Position numbers and translations under genes: made by a program | Notes under the pieces: generated by a model | What the model saw: the letters and a program-made list of their open reading frames with translations, nothing else | The model's database searches: none | What the model was told of the DNA's origin: nothing | From: an uncultured bacterium | Lineage (GTDB): Bacteria; Chloroflexota; UBA5177; JANWHV01 | Assembly (NCBI GenBank): GCA_963827235.1 | Contig: CAWHAE010000019.1 | Span: forward strand, 160,001 to 224,000 | Reading direction: 5' to 3' | DNA length: 64,000 bases | Part shown: piece by piece, positions 60,854 to 64,000 of the stretch | Layout: each line of letters begins with the position of its first letter | Position numbering within the stretch: position 1 is the first letter of the stretch

Positions 60854-61069
60854 GTTGAACTCCTTGATCTTCCAGGGCAGCACTCTAGGTGTCCCATCCT
60901 AAGGGAAGGTAGAGGTTAGCACCGGGCACCGTCAAGCGCTGTGTGCGCTTCCGTTAAGGGATCGTAGTTGACGTGGTGGCCATGACCACGCAAGGTGCCG
61001 GGCCGGCCGTTTGCGGAAACGCCTACGGCGTATGATGGTACCTGCGCATGTTTCGTACAAGGAAAGATC

Positions 61070-61855
61070 ATGGAGAAACATCAGCAGGAATCGATCGACC
61101 GGCTCGTCGATCTGTTGGCGCGGGAGCCCGGCATCGTGGCGCTGATCCTCGGCGGCTCGATCGCACACGGATTCGCGACGGCGGATTCCGACATCGACGT
61201 GGCCATTGTCGTGGAGCCAGGCGAGTATCAGCGGCGACGGAACGAAAACAGGCTTGTGTACTTCAACCGGGAGTTGTGCCACTACGAGGGAGGCTACGTC
61301 GACGGCAAATACATGGATCTCGAGTTTCTGAGGCTCGTGGCCGCACGGGGAAGCGAGCCGGCCCGCTATGCATTCAAGGATTGCCACCTCCTGTTCTGTC
61401 GCGACGCGGAAGTGGAGCGAGTGCTCGCCGAGATTGAGCGCTATCCGTCAGAGCACGGTCGTGAAAGGATTGAGCGGTTTGCTGCTCAGGTCCTGGCGTG
61501 GAAGTGGTATTACGGCGAGGCTGCCAGGAAGCAGAATCTCTATTTGACCACGCTCTCGGTGCAGAAGCTGATCCTGTTCGGCGGGCGCATCGTTCTGGCG
61601 GCGAACGAGATGCTCTACCCATATCACAAGTGGCTACTCGAAGAGCTCAAGAAGGCCGCCAGGAAGCCCGAGCACCTGTTGGCCGATATCGAGACGCTCA
61701 TGACCGCTCACAGCCTCGATAAAGTCGATGCCTATTGCACGAAGATGCTCGCGTTCGCAGGATGCATCGCCGAGGATCTTCGCTGGCCGAATCAGTTCGT
61801 ACGGGATTCGGAGCAGAACTGGATAACCCACGAGCCGCCAATCGACGATCTATAG
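61070..61855 (+). CDS. Pol-beta superfamily nucleotidyltransferase domain protein
   Basis: LILGGSIAHG...DSDIDV, YVDGKY, helical C-terminus with LYPYHKWL. Confidence 0.8.
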   Translation: MEKHQQESIDRLVDLLAREPGIVALILGGSIAHGFATADSDIDVAIVVEPGEYQRRRNENRLVYFNRELCHYEGGYVDGKYMDLEFLRLVAARGSEPARYAFKDCHLLFCRDAEVERVLAEIERYPSEHGRERIERFAAQVLAWKWYYGEAARKQNLYLTTLSVQKLILFGGRIVLAANEMLYPYHKWLLEELKKAARKPEHLLADIETLMTAHSLDKVDAYCTKMLAFAGCIAEDLRWPNQFVRDSEQNWITHEPPIDDL

Positions 61856-61896
61856 ACGAGCGCGCTAGCACTTTCGTCGGCTGTCGCGTTGGGCGG

Positions 61897-62541
61897 CTAC
61901 AGCCAGATCAGCCCGCGTCGTGCGGCGACTGTCACCGCCTCGGTGCGGCTGCCGGCGTTGAGCTTGGCCATGATCGCCCCCACGTGGAATTTCACCGTGT
62001 GCTCGCTGATGCCCAGACGGCGGGAGATCATCTTGTTGCCCAGGCCTTCGCTCAGTAGCCGCAGCACCTCCAGCTCCCGTGGGGTCAGAGCCTCGCCCAC
62101 GCCGGCCGCGGCCGCCTCGACAATCGGCACGGACTGGCTGGGCAGCAGCGGACGGACGGCCGCCGCGTCCAGCACAACCAAGCCGTGAGCGGCGGCGAGC
62201 ACCGCGGCCGCCAGCTCGCCGCCCGACGCGTCGCGCGGCAATACACCCCGGACACCGGCGCGCAGGGCGTCCAGGGCCCAGCGTTCGGTCGTGTCACAGA
62301 CGACCACCGTGCCCGGGACCTGACCGCCGCCGGCTATCTGCCAAACGGCGTCGGTCATATCGTCGTCCGCGCTCTCGAGTTCCGCGAGCACCGCGTCCGG
62401 CTGCAATGAGGCGGCCAGCGCGGAGAGCTGCTCCGCGCTGGCCGCCTCGCCGATCACTTCAATGCCGGGCTGTTCCCGCAGGACGGCGGCCAGTCCGGCG
62501 CGCACCGTGGGAAATGCCGCGGCGACCAACACCCTGATCAC
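61897..62541 (-). CDS. NarL/LuxR family response regulator (atypical receiver)
   Basis: IRVLV..., LTPRELEVLRLLSEGLGNKMI..LGISEHTVKFHV; phosphoacceptor position reads E (AVLAELE); GTGA overlap with the protease gene. Confidence 0.9.
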   Translation of the reverse strand: MIRVLVAAAFPTVRAGLAAVLREQPGIEVIGEAASAEQLSALAASLQPDAVLAELESADDDMTDAVWQIAGGGQVPGTVVVCDTTERWALDALRAGVRGVLPRDASGGELAAAVLAAAHGLVVLDAAAVRPLLPSQSVPIVEAAAAGVGEALTPRELEVLRLLSEGLGNKMISRRLGISEHTVKFHVGAIMAKLNAGSRTEAVTVAARRGLIWL

Positions 62542-63476
62542 GGCTGCCCGTTCGGTCGCTGTCCGGGACCGGCGGCAGCGGTCTCTCGTTCCCCGAGGAT
62601 CGCCGTGACGTCCATCAGCGTGCCCGCCCGCATGATCAAGAGAGGCAACGGAGTACCGGCGGCGCACTGTCCGAGCACGCCGGCCAGCGCATCGTGATCT
62701 GTGAGCGGCCACTTCGCGGCGGCGACGAGGACGTCACCCGGCAGCAGGCCGTTGCGGGCTGCCGGCCCGCCCTCCACCACGGAGAGTACCATGAGGCCGC
62801 TTTCCTGCCCGATGCCATGGCGGGAGAGCCCGCTTCCTGCCAGGTCGACCACCTGTGTGCGCACGCCGAGAAAGGCCGGCCGCAGTTTTCCGGACACGAA
62901 GCGTTCCACCACGTTACTGGGAATGGCCAGCGCCAAACCACCGGCGACCATGCTGTTGATGCCGATCACCCGGCCGGCGGCGTCCGCGAGTGGTCCGCCC
63001 GAATTGCCGGGCAGAAGACTCAGATCTGCCTGAATCCAGCGGTCGCCGTGATTCTCCGGCCGGACCGAGGGTGCCATGTGAACGATCCCCATGCTCAGGG
63101 CGTCTTTCACGCCCAGCGGATGGCCCATGGCCAGCACGAGCTGGCCGACGCGCAGCTTCGACGAATCGCCGATTGTCGCCTGCTGAAGAGTATCGGCGGT
63201 CACGCGCACGGCCGCAAGGTCGAAGTCTTCATTGCGATCAAGGACACGCCCGGGCACGTGCCTGCCGTCGGACAGCACGACCTCGGCCCGGTCATCGCGC
63301 ATGACATGGTTGTTGGTGACGACCACGCCGTCGCTTCGCCAGACGACGCCCGATCCGTTGCCGTGTCCGTCGACCCGGATCTCCACCGTCGAGGCTCGTA
63401 GTTGGGCCGCGAGATGCGCGGCCGAAGCGTTCATGCCCGGTGCCCGGGCAAACTGTTCCTGCAGAATTGCCGTCAT
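62538..63476 (-). CDS. HtrA/S1C trypsin-like serine protease with PDZ domain (no signal peptide)
   Basis: GSGVVW, TNNHV, DLAAV, PGNSGGPL, PDZ GPAARNGLLPGDV. Confidence 0.92.
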   Translation of the reverse strand: MTAILQEQFARAPGMNASAAHLAAQLRASTVEIRVDGHGNGSGVVWRSDGVVVTNNHVMRDDRAEVVLSDGRHVPGRVLDRNEDFDLAAVRVTADTLQQATIGDSSKLRVGQLVLAMGHPLGVKDALSMGIVHMAPSVRPENHGDRWIQADLSLLPGNSGGPLADAAGRVIGINSMVAGGLALAIPSNVVERFVSGKLRPAFLGVRTQVVDLAGSGLSRHGIGQESGLMVLSVVEGGPAARNGLLPGDVLVAAAKWPLTDHDALAGVLGQCAAGTPLPLLIMRAGTLMDVTAILGERETAAAGPGQRPNGQP

Positions 63477-63506
63477 ATACGTGTTCCGATCGGGTATTAT
63501 TTGCTG

Positions 63507-64000
63507 CTACTGCCGCTCGCCCACCGTGACCGGGAGGGTTTTCAGCTCGCCTCCACGGATCAGCTTCGCCTGCAAGGTCTTTCCTGCACTGTCGGTGCCA
63601 AGCTGCGCCTGCACGTCGTCGGCGCTCGCGGTCGCGTGATCGCCGAGGGCGACGATGATGTCGCCGAGGAGCAGACCTGCATTGGCTGCCGGTCCGCCCG
63701 AATCAACCGTGACCAGGATGGCGGCGCTCGTCTGCTGCAAGCCCAGCTTTTGCACGAGGTCGGTGGGCAGTTGAACGGGCTGCAGCCCTATGCCGAGATA
63801 ACCGCGACTGACGCGACCGCGCGAGAGCAGGGCTTCGGCGACACGTTTGACCGTCTGCGACGGAATGATGAGCGAGTGGCCGCGCGAGAGGCCCGACGTG
63901 TTGATGCCCGCCACTCGTCCCTGGACGTCCACGAGCGGTCCGCCGGAGAATCCCGGGTAGAGTGTGAGGTCGGTCCGTACCAGGGCGTCAATCGTTCCCC
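63507..64000 (-). CDS. Second S1C serine protease with PDZ domain (partial, runs off right edge)
   Basis: LVRTDLTLYPGFSGGPLVDVQGRVAGINT, RGYLGIGLQ, GPAANAGLLLGD. Confidence 0.88.
   Translation of the reverse strand, partial: GTIDALVRTDLTLYPGFSGGPLVDVQGRVAGINTSGLSRGHSLIIPSQTVKRVAEALLSRGRVSRGYLGIGLQPVQLPTDLVQKLGLQQTSAAILVTVDSGGPAANAGLLLGDIIVALGDHATASADDVQAQLGTDSAGKTLQAKLIRGGELKTLPVTVGERQ

Overview
High-GC bacterial chromosomal segment, probably Chloroflexota: it has GAAC-N4-GTTC type SOS boxes, a MalT-like regulator with an N-terminal extension typical of that phylum, and a tandem HtrA-HtrA-LuxR trio. About 45 CDSs or CDS remnants, one tRNA-Leu(CAA), one intact IS4/IS50-type element with a 10-bp target duplication, and a dispersed REP-like repeat family. 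Housekeeping-type genes include dnaE2, metG, ilvD (heavily frameshifted, probably assembly errors), ahpC, a GH2 beta-galactosidase, a nucleoside hydrolase, a DtxR regulator and four GT9 glycosyltransferases. The most interesting signals are: (1) a complete ribosome-coupled attenuator upstream of metG, built on a leaderless Met-Pro-Met-Ser-Met leader peptide with alternative antiterminator and terminator helices; (2) a Hen1-Pnkp RNA-repair operon in which Hen1 lacks its N-terminal half and a small ADP-ribosyltransferase-like gene is appended, next to an orphan class II aminoacyl-tRNA-synthetase-like gene; (3) an eroded SOS mutagenesis cassette (recA/imuA remnant plus dnaE2, each with its own LexA box); (4) an IS4 element inserted in the centre of a REP hairpin; (5) a two-component cassette bracketed by a diverged 164-bp direct repeat. 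All calls were made by eye from motifs; no database searches were run.
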